Shown piece by piece: positions 26,959 to 41,735 of a stretch of 64,000 bases of DNA. The notes below the pieces were generated by a model. That model had not been told where the DNA came from and did not search any database. It saw nothing but the letters and a program-made list of their open reading frames with translations. The stretch is from Octopus sinensis (lineage: Eukaryota). The stretch lies in contig NC_042997.1 of assembly GCF_006345805.1 (NCBI RefSeq), positions 70,618,001 through 70,682,000 of the forward strand. The letters run 5' to 3'. A program made the translations under genes and the position numbers. Each line of letters begins with the position of its first letter. The stretch's first letter is position 1.

Positions 26959-29382
26959 TTTGGACCCCCATAACAACTGAAGAGGTCACCCAGGCACTGC
27001 AAAGACTAAGCAACTGGAAGGCACCTGGGCATGACAAGATCCCCAACTTCTGGTTGAAATATCTAACAGGAATGCACAAAAAGCTGGCTGAAAACTTTAA
27101 CAACGTACTAGCAGAGCCAGAGACAATGCCTGAATGGCTCACGAAGGGGAAAACCATCTTAATTCCCAAATCAAATGAAACAGAAAAACCAGAAAACTAC
27201 AGACCAATAACCTGCCTCCCTACTATGTTCAAGGCATTTACTGCAGTGATATCACAAAGGCTGAACAAGCACCTGGACGAAAACAAACTGTTCCCAGAAG
27301 AGCAGAAAGGATGCCGCAAAGGCTCATATGGCTGTAAAGATCAACTAATGATTAATAAAGCCATAACTGAAGACAGCCACAGAAAGAAGAAAGGCCTCAG
27401 TATGGCCTGGATTGACTACAAAAAGGCGTTTGATAGCATCCCCTACACATGGATCCTCGAAACACTAGCCATTAACAAAGTAGCACCAACAATCATGAAA
27501 TTCATAGAGCACTCTATGAATAAATGGCAAACAGTCCTACACCTCCAAACAAAAGAGGGACTCATGAAAACCAAAGACATCCCCATTATAAGAGGAATAT
27601 TCCAGGGAGACACGCTCTCTCCACTCCTTTTCTGCTTGGCACTGTCACCTCTATCTGATATGCTAAATAGAACTGGATGCGGATATAAATGTTACGGCAA
27701 AACGATCAGCCACCTTTTATATATGGATGACCTAAAACTATACGCTGCAAATGACAAACAGCTGGAAACACTATTAAAGACAGTTCATGGATTTACCAAA
27801 GAAATAGATATGAAATTTGGATTAGAAAAATGCGCCAAAGTAACCATGAAAAGAGGAAAACTAGTTAAGAGTAACAACATCATACTAGATAAAACCAATG
27901 AAATAAAAGAATTAGACCAAAGCCAAACTTACAAATACTTAGGAATCCATGAACTAGATAAGACACAACACACACAAATGAAAGAGAAAATTAAAAAAAG
28001 AATATTATAGACGAGTTAGATCAATACTAAACACAGAGCTCAATGCTAAAAACAAGATAATAGGTATCAACACTTTAGCTGTCCCAGTTATAAGTTACAG
28101 CTACAATATCCTTAACTGGACACGAAATGAACTGACCAAAATAGATAGGAAAACAAGAAAAATAATGACAGGATCTAGGATGCATCACCCAAAATCTGAC
28201 ATAGAAAGACTATATATACAACGTATAGAAGGTGGTAGAGGCCTTATACAGCTGGAAAACTACTATAAAATAACCACCATAGGACTGCAAAAATATCTAC
28301 TTCAGAAGGAAGGAAAACTGATCCAGATAGCGGCAAAACACGAGCAAAACAAAAAACTGTTCTCAGTATTTAAGGAAGCTGACAAATACAAACAAGAAAT
28401 CATACCACCTAATAAACATGAAGAAGAAGAAGAAGATGAAGAAACAACAAAAGCTATAAAACAAATGAAATCCAAACTAAAAATAGAACAGCAACGAACC
28501 ATGATAAAACGATGGCAAGAAAAGCCCCTTCATGGTAAATACTGGATTAAACTAAATGCAAAAGAAATAGACAAAGAAAAATCCCAGCAATGGTTGAGAA
28601 GCTCAGGACTCAAAGCAGAAACAGAGGGATTTTTAATTGCAGCACAAGACCAAAGCCTCCCCACCAGAAATTACCAAAAACATGTAATGAAAAGAAATAT
28701 TACAAGTAACTGCAGAATATGTGGAGATGGACAAGAAACAATAAATCATATTATCTCTAGCTGCCCAGTCCTGGCTAAAAAGGAATATATTCACAGACAT
28801 GACAGAGTTGGAACCTACATACATTGGAAGCTATGCCAACATTATGGAATAACAACAGAAAAAAGATGGTATAGGCACACACCAGAAAAGGTCACAGAAA
28901 ACGAGAAAGCAACCATACTCTGGGATATGCCGATACACACAGATAGAGGAATTAAGGCCAACAGACCAGATATAGTTGTCAGAGACCATGAAGAAAAAAA
29001 ATGCTTTCTAATTGATGTATCAATACCGGCTGATGACAACATGTCTCTAAAAGAAATGGAGAAACTCTCAAAATACAAAGACCTGGAAATAGAGGTAACT
29101 AGAATGTGGAATCTGAAAACAGAAACAATTCCTATCATAGTAGGTGCATTAGGCATGATAAAAAATATTCAGACAAATACATAACAAAAACACCAGGACT
29201 TACAAACGCATATAACATACAGAAAATTGCACTACTAGGCACTGCACACATCCTACGCAGAACACTTTCATACAATAACCATCAGAGCATCACAACAAAT
29301 CACAGCACATACCCAAGGCACACAGAGCTGCGCTTGGTAGTGAAGTGAAAGCACGCTATAAAAATAAAAATAAAACTACTGA
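26958..29382 (+). mobile_element. Dong/R4 fragment 3, near-intact RT, zinc knuckle and RLE, 5'-truncated
   Basis: ORFs 27054-28010 (YRPITCL, EQKGCR, DYKKAFDS, GIFQGD, YMDDLK) and 28165-29184 (CRIC..HIISSC, NRPDIVV, IDVSIP, KYKDLE, IPIIVGALG). Frameshifts in A-runs. Bounded by (TAA)n on both sides. Confidence 0.95.
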
Positions 29383-29401
29383 ATAATAATAATAATAATA
29401 A

Positions 29402-30636
<1,235 letters not shown>

Positions 30637-30780
30637 TGAAATAACAACAGAAAAACGATGGTATAGGCACACACCAGAAAAGGTCACAGAAAACGAGAAA
30701 GCAACCATACTCTGAGATATGCCAATACACACAGATAGAGAAATTAAGGCCAACAGACCAGATATAGTTGTCAGAGATCA
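30637..30780 (+). mobile_element. Dong/R4 fragment 5 (short internal piece of the fragment-3 subfamily)
   Basis: Near-identical to about 28848-28990. Confidence 0.9.
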
Positions 30781-31990
30781 GGGATAAGGGAGGCGCTATC
30801 GTAATTATGGACAAAAGTGAGTCTATTTCGGCTTGTGAGGAACTTTTAAATTACAAAACCTCATATGAAGAATTACCAGTCGATCCAAACCCCAATTACA
30901 GAGAAGAACTTGACAAGATAATTCTGGAAATGAACGAAAACTATTTCATTAATATGGCCGAATCCAAGATTTTATGGCCAGAAAGAATACCTGTATTTTA
31001 TGGTCTCCTTAAAATACACAAAATGTTCGAAAAATTTCTTCCAATGCGCCCAATTTGCAGCGGATTTGAATGTGGTACATCCAAGAGTTCGGAATGGCTG
31101 GATGGCTTTCTAATCCCTGTCGCAAAAAGAATAAGTTCCTATATTCGGGATACTTTTGATTTTGTGTTTAAAATTAACAACCTTTTTAAGCACCGAGAGA
31201 CCGTGTCGAGAACTGTTTTTTTGGTAACCATGGATGTTTCTTCCTTAAATCCCAATATTGACCACGATGAAGGGATAGAAGCATGCATGAATGCCTTCGA
31301 AATGCGATCAAAGAAAAGTATTCCATCAAATTTTCTTTGTAGATTAGTGAGAATAGCGTTACAAAGTATCACGATGAAATTTGGACAAATATTTTACCAC
31401 CATACGATGGGTTGCGCCATGGATAATCCGATGGTAGTTACTTTTGCTAATGTCTTCATGACGAAATTCGAGCTACAGCTACTGAAGACATTCAAATCCC
31501 TTCATGGTCATGAAACAATACTTTGATTACGTCTTTTCTGTCTGGAAAGGATCACAGGATAGTTTAATTGACTTCTTGCACTTCTGACTGTTATGCTAAA
31601 ATCTATGACTTTAAGTCCAACATTTAATGGGCACAGATATGACGTCAGGCATAATAAAAGTAGTTCGATAGAACTTGCTGAATATTTTGCTTCAAACGGC
31701 GGTAATTTTGAAAAAGACCTGGAAGTGCATATTCTCAGAAAATATTTTGAAACTACTTCTCTTTACTTCTCAAAACGCAAGAGGAGAAATATGTTTGCGA
31801 GTTATTAACATCACGCCGTGGAGGAATGTTTTTCTTTCTCTTTCTTCCTGACTTCTGTCTTTTTTATGTCGTTTTATTTTCGTCTGTTATAAAATTGAAA
31901 CTTAAAGACTAATGATGACATTCCATCAACGTGTAGACGCTGAATTCTCTCCTTCATAATTTAATTTTAATTTCTATAATTTTGAATTTT
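30781..31990 (+). mobile_element. Penelope-like element: RT plus GIY-YIG C-terminal remnant
   Basis: DKGGAIVIMD, PVFYGLLKIHK, PMRPICS, SYIRDTFDF, LVTMDVSSLNPNI, GCAMDNP..FANVFM, then FNGHRYDVRH..LAEYF. Confidence 0.88.
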
Positions 31991-32146
31991 TATCACTTCT
32001 TATTTTGAACTCGTCAAAGACAGGCTTACAGTCGGAATATCGTCCAATCAATAAAATATCTATGACAATCGCATCGCACTATTCGTCTTGACCAAATAAT
32101 AATGATAATAATAATAATAATAATATTAATAATAATAATAATTATC

Positions 32147-32177
<31 letters not shown>

Positions 32178-32179
32178 TG

Positions 32180-32258
<79 letters not shown>

Positions 32259-32739
32259 GGACCAACATTCACTGGAAGCTATGCCAACATTATGGAATAA
32301 CAACAGAAAAAAGATGGTATAGGCACACACCAGAAAAGGTCACAGAAAACGAGAAAACAACCATACTCTGGGATATGCCAATACACACAGATAGAGAAAT
32401 TAAGGCCAGATATAATTGCCAGAGATCATGAAGAAAAAAATGCTTTCTAATTGATGTATTAAATCCAGCAGATGTCAACGTGTCTCTAAAAGAAATGGAG
32501 AAACTTTCAAAATACAAAGACCTGGAAATAGAGGTAACTAGAATGTGGAATCTAAAAACAGAAACAATTCCTATCGTGGTAAGTGCACTAGGCATGATAA
32601 AAAAAATATTCAGACAAATACATAACAAAAACACCAGGACTCACAAACACATATAACATGCAAAGAATTGCACTACTAGGCACACAGAGCTGCGTTCGGT
32701 AGTGAAGTGAAAGCACGCTATAAAAATAAAACTACTGAA
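32259..32739 (+). mobile_element. Dong/R4 fragment 6 (3' end, fragment-3 subfamily)
   Basis: Near-identical to 28820-29382 with small deletions. TAA-flanked. Confidence 0.92.
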
Positions 32740-32770
<31 letters not shown>

Positions 32771-33280
32771 CTTAACTGATTGGAAGTGTTATCATGTACA
32801 TTGTTTTGTCTTGGTATAAAAGATGGGCTACAGCAAATATTCTGCTCAATACCACAGATTTGCTTGTCAGTTGTTTGACCTTAACCATTTGAGCATGTCC
32901 CTTGGTGGCTGACGATATGTGCATCTCTCATCACGAGCAGAAGTAGTGGGGGAGCATCATAGCCATGTGTTGAGAGGGATTCTTTGGGGTTTGAATAATT
33001 CACCTCTGGAAACATGGGTGGTTCTTTCAACATCCTTAAACAACCCTTATTCAGTGACCTTTTGAGCGGGATGGGCTACTCAACCTGAAGAAAATTCTAA
33101 CTGGCCCCACCTGCAAGGTCATGCGTTGTTTATCTTGATATGAAATCACAATGTCGCGCACATATGGTTGTGATGCATGTGCCTGGTGTACCCTTATCAG
33201 ATGAGTAGTCATGATGGATACACTGGGCTTCGTACATTTTTCCTTAGTGTCACTTTGATGCATGCACTGCTCTCTCATTC
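32771..33280 (+). mobile_element. Non-coding 510-bp insert inside a (TAA)n array, family unknown
   Basis: Sharp AAT-repeat boundaries on both sides; no recognisable protein motif. Confidence 0.45.
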
Positions 33281-33352
<72 letters not shown>

Positions 33353-33353
<1 letters not shown>

Positions 33354-33926
33354 GAAAATGACCACATCTCACTCCTCTGGAACTTCACCATTCAAACTGA
33401 CAGACAGATAGATGCAAATAGGCCAGTCATCATATTGAAAGACTTCAGACAAAGAACATGTCTCCTCATTGATATGATTGTCCCAATCGATATAAACGTA
33501 TCTGTCAAGACCTACCAAAAACCGAGCAAATATAAAGATCTGGAAATAGAAATCAGCAAAATGTAGAACCTGAAGACTAAAACAATACCTGTTGTCATAG
33601 GTGCCCTGGGAATGATAACAAATGGAGCTGATTGCAACCTAGCTCAGATACCAGGAAGCCCCAAAATGGCAGAAATTCAAAAGATAGTGCGCATGGGAAC
33701 TGCTCATATCCTACGCAAAATACTTTCTATGTAATCTCAAGTTTTAAAACAAACATAATTTTCGTATGGTTTTTTTAGACATTCACTAGTACAACACTAA
33801 GTACAAAACCAAATATATGGCACACCAGGCATAACACCAACATGAACTTCCAACTTCTAGTCCCTTGAGGTCTCCGGGTGAGACTTGGAGCCAATTTGTG
33901 CAAATGTAAAGCAAAAGTCAAACATA
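33353..33926 (+). mobile_element. Dong/R4 fragment 7 (RLE plus 3' UTR, fragment-2 subfamily)
   Basis: LWNFTIQTDRQIDANRP..IDMIVP..KYKDLEIE. The 3' UTR matches 26690-26888. Confidence 0.9.
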
Positions 33927-33950
33927 GAATAATAATAATAGTAATAATAA

Positions 33951-34114
33951 TTGGAATGGCAGTGTGGTAACAAGCTTGCGCCCCAACCACATGGTTCCGA
34001 GTTCAGTCCCGCTTCATAGCACCTTGGGCAAGTATCTTCCACTATATCTTCGAGCCGACAAAACGCTTGTGAGTGAATTTGGTGTACGGAAACTGGAAAA
34101 AAAGCCCATCGTAT

Positions 34115-34182
<68 letters not shown>

Positions 34183-34250
34183 TTTTCTGTCTGTTTTTCT
34201 CTCCCCACCATTGTTTAACAACCGAAGTTCGAGTTTTTACGCCCCCGTAA
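33951..34250 (+). mobile_element. Main SINE family copy, tail missing
   Basis: Head gtgtggtaacaagcttgc..ggttccgagttcagtccc, internal (CA)/(TA). Confidence 0.75.
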
Positions 34251-34334
34251 CCTTTTATTTTTTACTTTTTCCCTCTGTACCCCACCTTTTCTCTGTGAAT
34301 TATCAGGTGTGTTTATATTAATGGCTTAACAATT

Positions 34335-34402
34335 TATACAGTACGTTTCTCTGCCCTAGGTGTCAGGAAGACATCCGGCAAGAAATGGAAACAGAGTTGA
34401 AA
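34335..34402 (+). mobile_element. Dong/R4 fragment 8 (3' UTR tip, fragment-4 subfamily) followed by (TAA)n to 34560
   Basis: gccctaggtgtcaggaagacatccggcaagaaatggaa matches 30442-30480. Confidence 0.75.
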
Positions 34403-34420
34403 ATAATAATAATAATAATA

Positions 34421-34468
<48 letters not shown>

Positions 34469-34484
34469 TAACAGCAACAACAAC

Positions 34485-34563
<79 letters not shown>

Positions 34564-37116
34564 GACAAATAATAATAATTCTCCCAATTAAGTGAGAAAA
34601 AATATTCACTCCACTGCAGGCAGACTAGAGTTTAGAATCCAGTGAGGACTTCTTGCGTGTACAAAAAAAATATATTAAATATATTACCGCAAACAACAGA
34701 CCCCCACTGGACCCAAATAACAAGAGCCTTAACTTACAGCGGAGCTTCAAAATTCTTCAATTTAAGACGGCTTCAAAAGCACGTCTTGACAGCTTCAGTG
34801 CCAAACGCCACACTGACTCGCCCATGCGCAGTGGGCGGGAAGCAAACTTCTTACCACACTGCCACGCTTGCACCTATATATACAAATATTAAAGGAAATA
34901 GAGAAATACAATTGACATATTAAACATATCTTATAATATAATTATACTATAAAAAAGATATAACGAAATATAATTTAATATAATGTAATTTAATATAACA
35001 AATAATTGAAACAAATATAAATCCAATAATTTGCTTCGACTTCTAGCCAGTAGTGAATTTATAAAAATTCACATTTATGTATATGAGTCTCCTCAGAGTA
35101 ATGTTTGTTCTAAAAACAGACAAAAATTCCATGCAAGGACTGCAAAATCCCATAAGAGACTGATGTAAAATATACTTATGTTTACAAGCGTGAGCGTTAA
35201 GAATTCAAAAATATAACAAATATAATAAAAGCAAAAGCAAAATTCAAATGATAAAATAATTAAGTAAAGAAAAACTACAACTGTCATAAAATGTTCTTAT
35301 GCATCTCCACTGATATTAATCTAAAGATATTTTAATCGAAAATAATCAATGTTATATGATAAGATCTATATGATATGTTAAGAATTTATGGTGGAGTAGG
35401 AAATATATTTTATTTAAAATTGCTATATACTATGAAGAAAAAATAATAAATAAGGATATATTTTTCTGAGACACTAAATTCTTTAAAAAAAATTCTCTAA
35501 TCAACGATTAATTCACTCAAAATTTTCTACTGAATACGCCGATGTTAAACAAATGTATAAAGTTACGATTATTATAAACTATATTATTTCCTACATAAAA
35601 ATGATAATAATATATAAATAAATAAAGTTTCACTATTTTATTTAGTTTTACTAACGAAAATAAGTTAGAGTAAGCCAATAGTTTTAGTATTGTATAATTT
35701 TTATGTGTATACAAGTTCGAAAGAACACATGATGATATATACTAAATATTATAGGTTTAACAAAAATATTCATACATGCATAATTATTCAAATAGATATA
35801 TAATTATATGTAATAATTATTCTAATCTCTTTATGCGTACTAATATAAACATTATTCTTAGTAAATAACAAGCAAAAAGCACAAAGTTACTTAGTTTATT
35901 AGAGGAAAATACGACCGTAATTCAATTATTATCTACTTATACATTCATTGCCTACGGAAAAATAACCGGAAATACGTACATTCAATGGAAATGTTTTTAA
36001 TCACCATAGGCTTTTAATAAAATTATTCATATAATATTATTATTAAATTCAATTTATATACTTATAATCATTTTATATATAGGTGATAGCATAATCAAAA
36101 CTTATAACTTGAATTTAACTACGAATGTAGTGATATAGTTTACACTTAAGACATATATTTTATGGTACTTTATAAATTAATCCATTGAAATATTATAGAT
36201 ATTATCATTAATATACTAGTTTAAAGCTACAAACCTTTCGGTTAAAAAAAAACTTGCAAATCCTTCAGTATAACAAAATTTGGCCTCAAGTACAAACAAT
36301 TACGTTAAGTAATGTTGCTCCGTTCTAAAGTTTGGGAAAATATCGTAAAGCAAAAACACTCTGCTCACGTCGCCTTGCATAAGTTCAAAATTTCACCACA
36401 GCCTAATACACCTATCAATTGTTTTTAAATTTAATAAAAATTTAGTAAAAATTAGTATCATTTTATTTATTCATACAATCATTATTTTAGTTATCCATTT
36501 ATTTCTTTAACACGTATACAAATTCAAATACACACACACACACTCACACACACACACACACATATATATGTATACACACAGAGACACATGAGCAGACATG
36601 CATATACATATACATACATACACAGACACACACACACACACATATATATATATATGTATATATATATATACACACAATACATCTGCATACATATATACTA
36701 TTTCATCTTTTCAATTTACTAAGTAATAATACACACATATACAGACATACACACACACACATATATATATACATATACATTCATATATATATGTATAAGC
36801 ATATACATGTCCATAAAAATACCCTCACATACATACACACATATATAACTATATATACATAGATAGATATACTCGTAAATAGATACACATTTATACATAT
36901 ATATATATACACCTACATGCATACACACAAAGACACACTCACACACTCACACACAAAATCATTTTATTTATGTCCAACACGTCAAAGACCTTTCTTTGCG
37001 AACACCTAACACTTCTGTTGTGCGTGTGTGATGATACGCTTAATAACATTTTCTGAAGTACCAGTGGAATTTGGATGTTTTCCGTCCCTTTGAAGGAAAT
37101 GGAATCTTCCTTGGTT

Positions 37117-37164
<48 letters not shown>

Positions 37165-37165
37165 G

Positions 37166-37234
<69 letters not shown>

Positions 37235-37282
37235 ATATATACATACATACATAAATATATATATATATATATATATAATATA

Positions 37283-37470
37283 TAGGGAAAGTTTACGAAA
37301 GAAACAAAAGACGAAGACAGGTGGTGTACAAAACAAACAGATGTACTAGTATAACGCTCAGAATTAGAAAAAGTCTTTTACGTTACGAGCCTACGCTCTT
37401 CTACAGAAAGGTACACAGAAAAAACAAGGGGAGAAACAAGGAGAGAAAAAAATGTGTGTAGTGGCTAACG

Positions 37471-37472
<2 letters not shown>
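37283..37472 (-). repeat. Second copy of the Penelope-type terminal repeat
   Basis: Homologous to 97-298. Confidence 0.6.
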
Positions 37473-37518
<46 letters not shown>

Positions 37519-37879
37519 GAAATATGTTATAAAAAGAAAATATAAAATACACGTGGAAATGTAAGGGTAAAATATGAAAAATCAACGAAAATGCTAATTG
37601 CAAATAAAAAAAGGCTATTCATGACAGGTAACGACAAATATATACATTTAGATTAACTGAGGTAGTAATACGAGTCATAAAAGTCATTATTATAAAATGA
37701 TTATAAGATGATAATAAAGTAAGAGAACAAAACGGACCATGGTTTACGCAAAGCTATTCATCGTTTATATATATATCAGAAGGTAACGGCAGACGGCATC
37801 ATTGTGCACTTCCCCCACCTCACAGAAATGAGGTCCCGCTTCCTAGAACAAGTTGATGTGAGATTTAGCTCAAAATTGA

Positions 37880-38045
37880 TGTAGACATTGCTCATCGTCT
37901 CTTTTTAACCAACTCCAGTATCTTGCTTTTCCGACTGTAGTTTGGATATCACTCATGGTGATATCTGTTAGTCCTAATGATAACAACAGTCACTTTATAC
38001 TGTGTCCAACAAATCCTCTAGCCTGCGTCTTCACATTCCTCGTGG
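37880..38045 (-). mobile_element. Possible C-terminal remnant of another RLE-type (HERO-like) retrotransposon
   Basis: Minus translation VKTQARGFVGHSIK*LLLSLGL resembles the VEVG.RGFVG.S..LL..LG end motif. Confidence 0.4.
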
Positions 38046-39085
38046 AAGTTTACATAGTGTTTAATCTTTCGAGCTTAAATTGAAAACAAGGTTGAAAATA
38101 ATTGTACTCGAATATCAAAAAATAGTGTAATATTCTTTTCATCACAGCTGCAAAAGTATAACAGAACTGTTATTCAGACTTGTGATATATTTACAGCTTT
38201 AATAAAAGTATGAATATATACTTTTGGGAATTACACCACCGCTGTTTAGCCCTAGGAAGCATCGACGCTTCCTGTCGGCTTTGACACATTTCCTGTGTCC
38301 TTATATTTGTGAAGGGGAAGCAAGCACCCCCACCAGCCAAGATTCACACCTTAGGACATGTATGTTTCTGGGTCTTAACCCGTCATCAGCCCATGATAGT
38401 GAGATCTGCTGACTGAGGTGCCTGTCTAGCCTTCACAAATATATATATTTACAGTGAAATCTATTCACGGGTCACCGTAATTAGAAGGCATTAGGCAGGA
38501 GAAATACCAGCACCAACAACTGCGACCGCAGCGACTCATCCAACAATATCCAAGACAACAATCGCAACGGCGGAGGCTGTAGCAGTAGCGGTAACAACGC
38601 ATCAAACAGCAGAAACACCAGCAGCGACAACGACCGCAGCACCGGCGTCTGCGTTACGGCCGGAGCTGATGACCGCTCCAGCACCCGTAGCACCGAGGTG
38701 TCTCTTAAACCCAAGACACGAGATATATAAACTACGTCCACATTTCAAATGCTACCTGCTGTGGGCATGGCATCCATCGTTCATCTATTAGGAGCCAACC
38801 TAAGGGCGGAGATTCCCCATTCGCTTTTCAGGTCCATAAGATTTCCTCACCGATAATCCGTCCCGTTTAAGGCTCAGCCAGTGCATATTACTCTTTTGTT
38901 AACAAATTAACTGACTGTAACGGTTTTTTACTTCAAGTTGGAAGGGAGATTATATGCCCACGGCCTTTGGAGTCTGAGATGTCGTCTATAAGGCTAATGT
39001 GAAACCATTAGTAAGTCTATGATAGACACATATTTAAGTTCATGTAAATAAGTATACACACAACATATCACACATATAGATATGT

Positions 39086-39132
<47 letters not shown>

Positions 39133-39141
39133 GTATATATA

Positions 39142-39182
<41 letters not shown>

Positions 39183-39220
39183 GTATATATATATATATGT
39201 TATATGTATGTATGTATGTA

Positions 39221-39293
<73 letters not shown>

Positions 39294-39424
39294 TATACAT
39301 ATACATATATATATATTATATAATATATGTGTGATATGTGTGTATATATACTATATATATATATATTATATAATACATATATATATATACATACATATAT
39401 AATATATATATAATTATATATATT

Positions 39425-39462
<38 letters not shown>

Positions 39463-40115
39463 CAAAAGCATATATATACATACATGTATGTGTATATCAG
39501 GCTATTTATACATGTGTGTGTATTTATATACATATATAAACGTATTTATACAAACACAGACATATACACCCGCGCGGACGCAGAAGCGTACACACATATA
39601 TATATATATATATATATGAGTATGAACGCATCTGCGTGTTTGTTTGCCTGAGTATGCGTGTTGTGTGTGTGTATTTGCTGTGTGTGTGTGTATGTTTGTG
39701 TGTGTCTGCGTGCGTACAAACATATTCGGCACACTTAGTACTATCAGTGTTGGGAAGGAACAAAAGGCGAAGACAAATTAATTATATTCAGCTAAACGAC
39801 TACACGTGTTTTACATAATATGAATCAATGTAAGCGTGTTTCGTAGCAATAGTACAATGTGCAAGAAACATGTCCCTATTTCTTCCACATGTGCAGCGTG
39901 TAAATATATAAATAACAATGTATTTTCGTAGGTGAATACACATACCTACAAATATCATAAAAACATATATAACACAATCGGCATTGAAATATTCTCATAA
40001 CACACGCGCGCACACACCCACACACGTATATATGCGTGTGTGTGTTTGTGTGTGTGTGTGTATGTATCTATGTGTGTGTGTGGTACGGCATCTATATATG
40101 TAACTATTTTGAAAT

Positions 40116-40166
<51 letters not shown>

Positions 40167-40499
40167 ATATAATTACATCCACATAAACACATACATAAAT
40201 ATAAATTTAAGCATATACCCACACAATCTCCCTCACCCTCTCTCTCTCACTCGCCCTCTCCCTCTCTCACTCACCCTGCCCTCTCTCTCTCTCTCATTCC
40301 CCTGTCCCTCTCTCTCTCTCTCTCTCTCTCTCTTACTCCCCCTATCCCTCACTCTCTCTCTCCCTCTCTCTCTTACATAGACACACACATACAAACACTG
40401 ACGAACTTATGTTCTACCATAACTATCTATATATCTATCTTCTGTCTGTCTGTCTATCTAGCTCTGTCCGTCTATCTCTCTATCCCTTCGTCTATATGT

Positions 40500-40517
40500 C
40501 TGCTGTCTGTCTGTGCG

Positions 40518-40587
<70 letters not shown>

Positions 40588-40590
40588 GCA
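40500..40590. repeat. (CTGT)/(CTAT)n tetranucleotide array; also 42900-43075 and 53875-53960
   Basis: Direct reading. Confidence 0.9.
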
Positions 40591-40694
40591 GCCAGTTGCC
40601 TGCCTTCACTGAGGCACACATATTTATATTACTTCACATCCATAAATCGTGCTTGTACATGTAAATATATGTGTTCATGAATGTACGTGATGTT

Positions 40695-41735
40695 AATTAG
40701 AACCTCGTATTACGAGAGCACCATTGTACGAGCAATTTGCTGCACGAGCTTCGGCTCGTGCAAATTTTTGTCTCGCAATACGAGAGGAAATCCGCAGTAT
40801 GAGCGAGTTTCATACAAGCGACTGCTAGTCGGCACTGAACTCGCACATGCTCTCCCAACAAGCGCAGTCTCCGCTCACTCAGTTCATGTATTTATCTCGT
40901 TGTGGGAGCGTCCCTGTTGTATTTTTCCCAGAGTATTCCTGTTGTTTTTTTCCCAGTGTTTTTGTTTAGTTTTGTGCATATTTTGCTATTATTTTATAAT
41001 GATTAGTTGTGTTAGTCATGAGTCCTAAGAATGTTAGTGAAAAGAAGGAAGAGCTGATTACGATAGAATTGATGAAGGAAATCATTGATAAACATGAGCG
41101 AGGAGTGCATGTAGTGGACATAGCACGTCAATACTACCAAAGCAACATCGTGAAGAAAAAGGACGAGATCAAGGCCGTTACAACAGCAGAGGATGTATCC
41201 AAGCTCTTTAAACACCACACATCTGTCCACAAAAGAATGGAAAAATTGTTCCACCTGTGAGTCAACGAGAGTTAGCGCTCAGGGTATACGATTACGGAGA
41301 CCATCATCTTCGAGAAAGCACGAGCATTGTATGGGGATCTTCTGAAGCAGAACCCTGGAACATCGATGGTAGAGACACCAGCTGATGCATTTAAGGTCAG
41401 TCGCGGCTGGTTTGATAATTTTAAGAAGTGGATTAGTGGGTGTTCATATCGTCGTCAGGTATGGAGAAGCAGCGAGCTCTGACACGAAGGCAGCTGAAGA
41501 TTTCGTTCGTACATTCCGTCAGCTCATCGTAGCCGAGGAGTACATTACACAATTGGTATTCAACTCTGATGAAACTGGCCTTTTTTGGAAATAACTGCTA
41601 AGGAGAAGAAAATACCAAGCTACAAGTCTATGAACGATAGGTTAACTCTCGCCCTTTATGTCAATGGGAATGGAGACTTGAAAGTTACGCCACTTCTTGC
41701 CTACCATTCCGAAAAACCACGAGCCTTCTAGTACT
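40695..41735 (+). mobile_element. Tigger/pogo-type DNA transposon remnant
   Basis: ITIELMKEIIDKHERG (HTH), IIFEKARALY..AFKVSRGWFDNFKK (CENP-B HTH) and GEAASSD..AE..VFNSDETGLFWK (DDE start). The 5' leader contains cctcgtattacgag-type subterminal repeats. Confidence 0.88.

Noticed and set aside
27054-29184. Active autonomous element or domesticated RT gene
   Set aside because: It is 5'-truncated and frameshifted in A-runs. The shifts could be sequencing errors, but the N-terminus is still missing.
34900-36500. Very AT-rich non-tandem stretch as a decayed RT
   Set aside because: Only a vague MQGD-like word; no supporting motifs.
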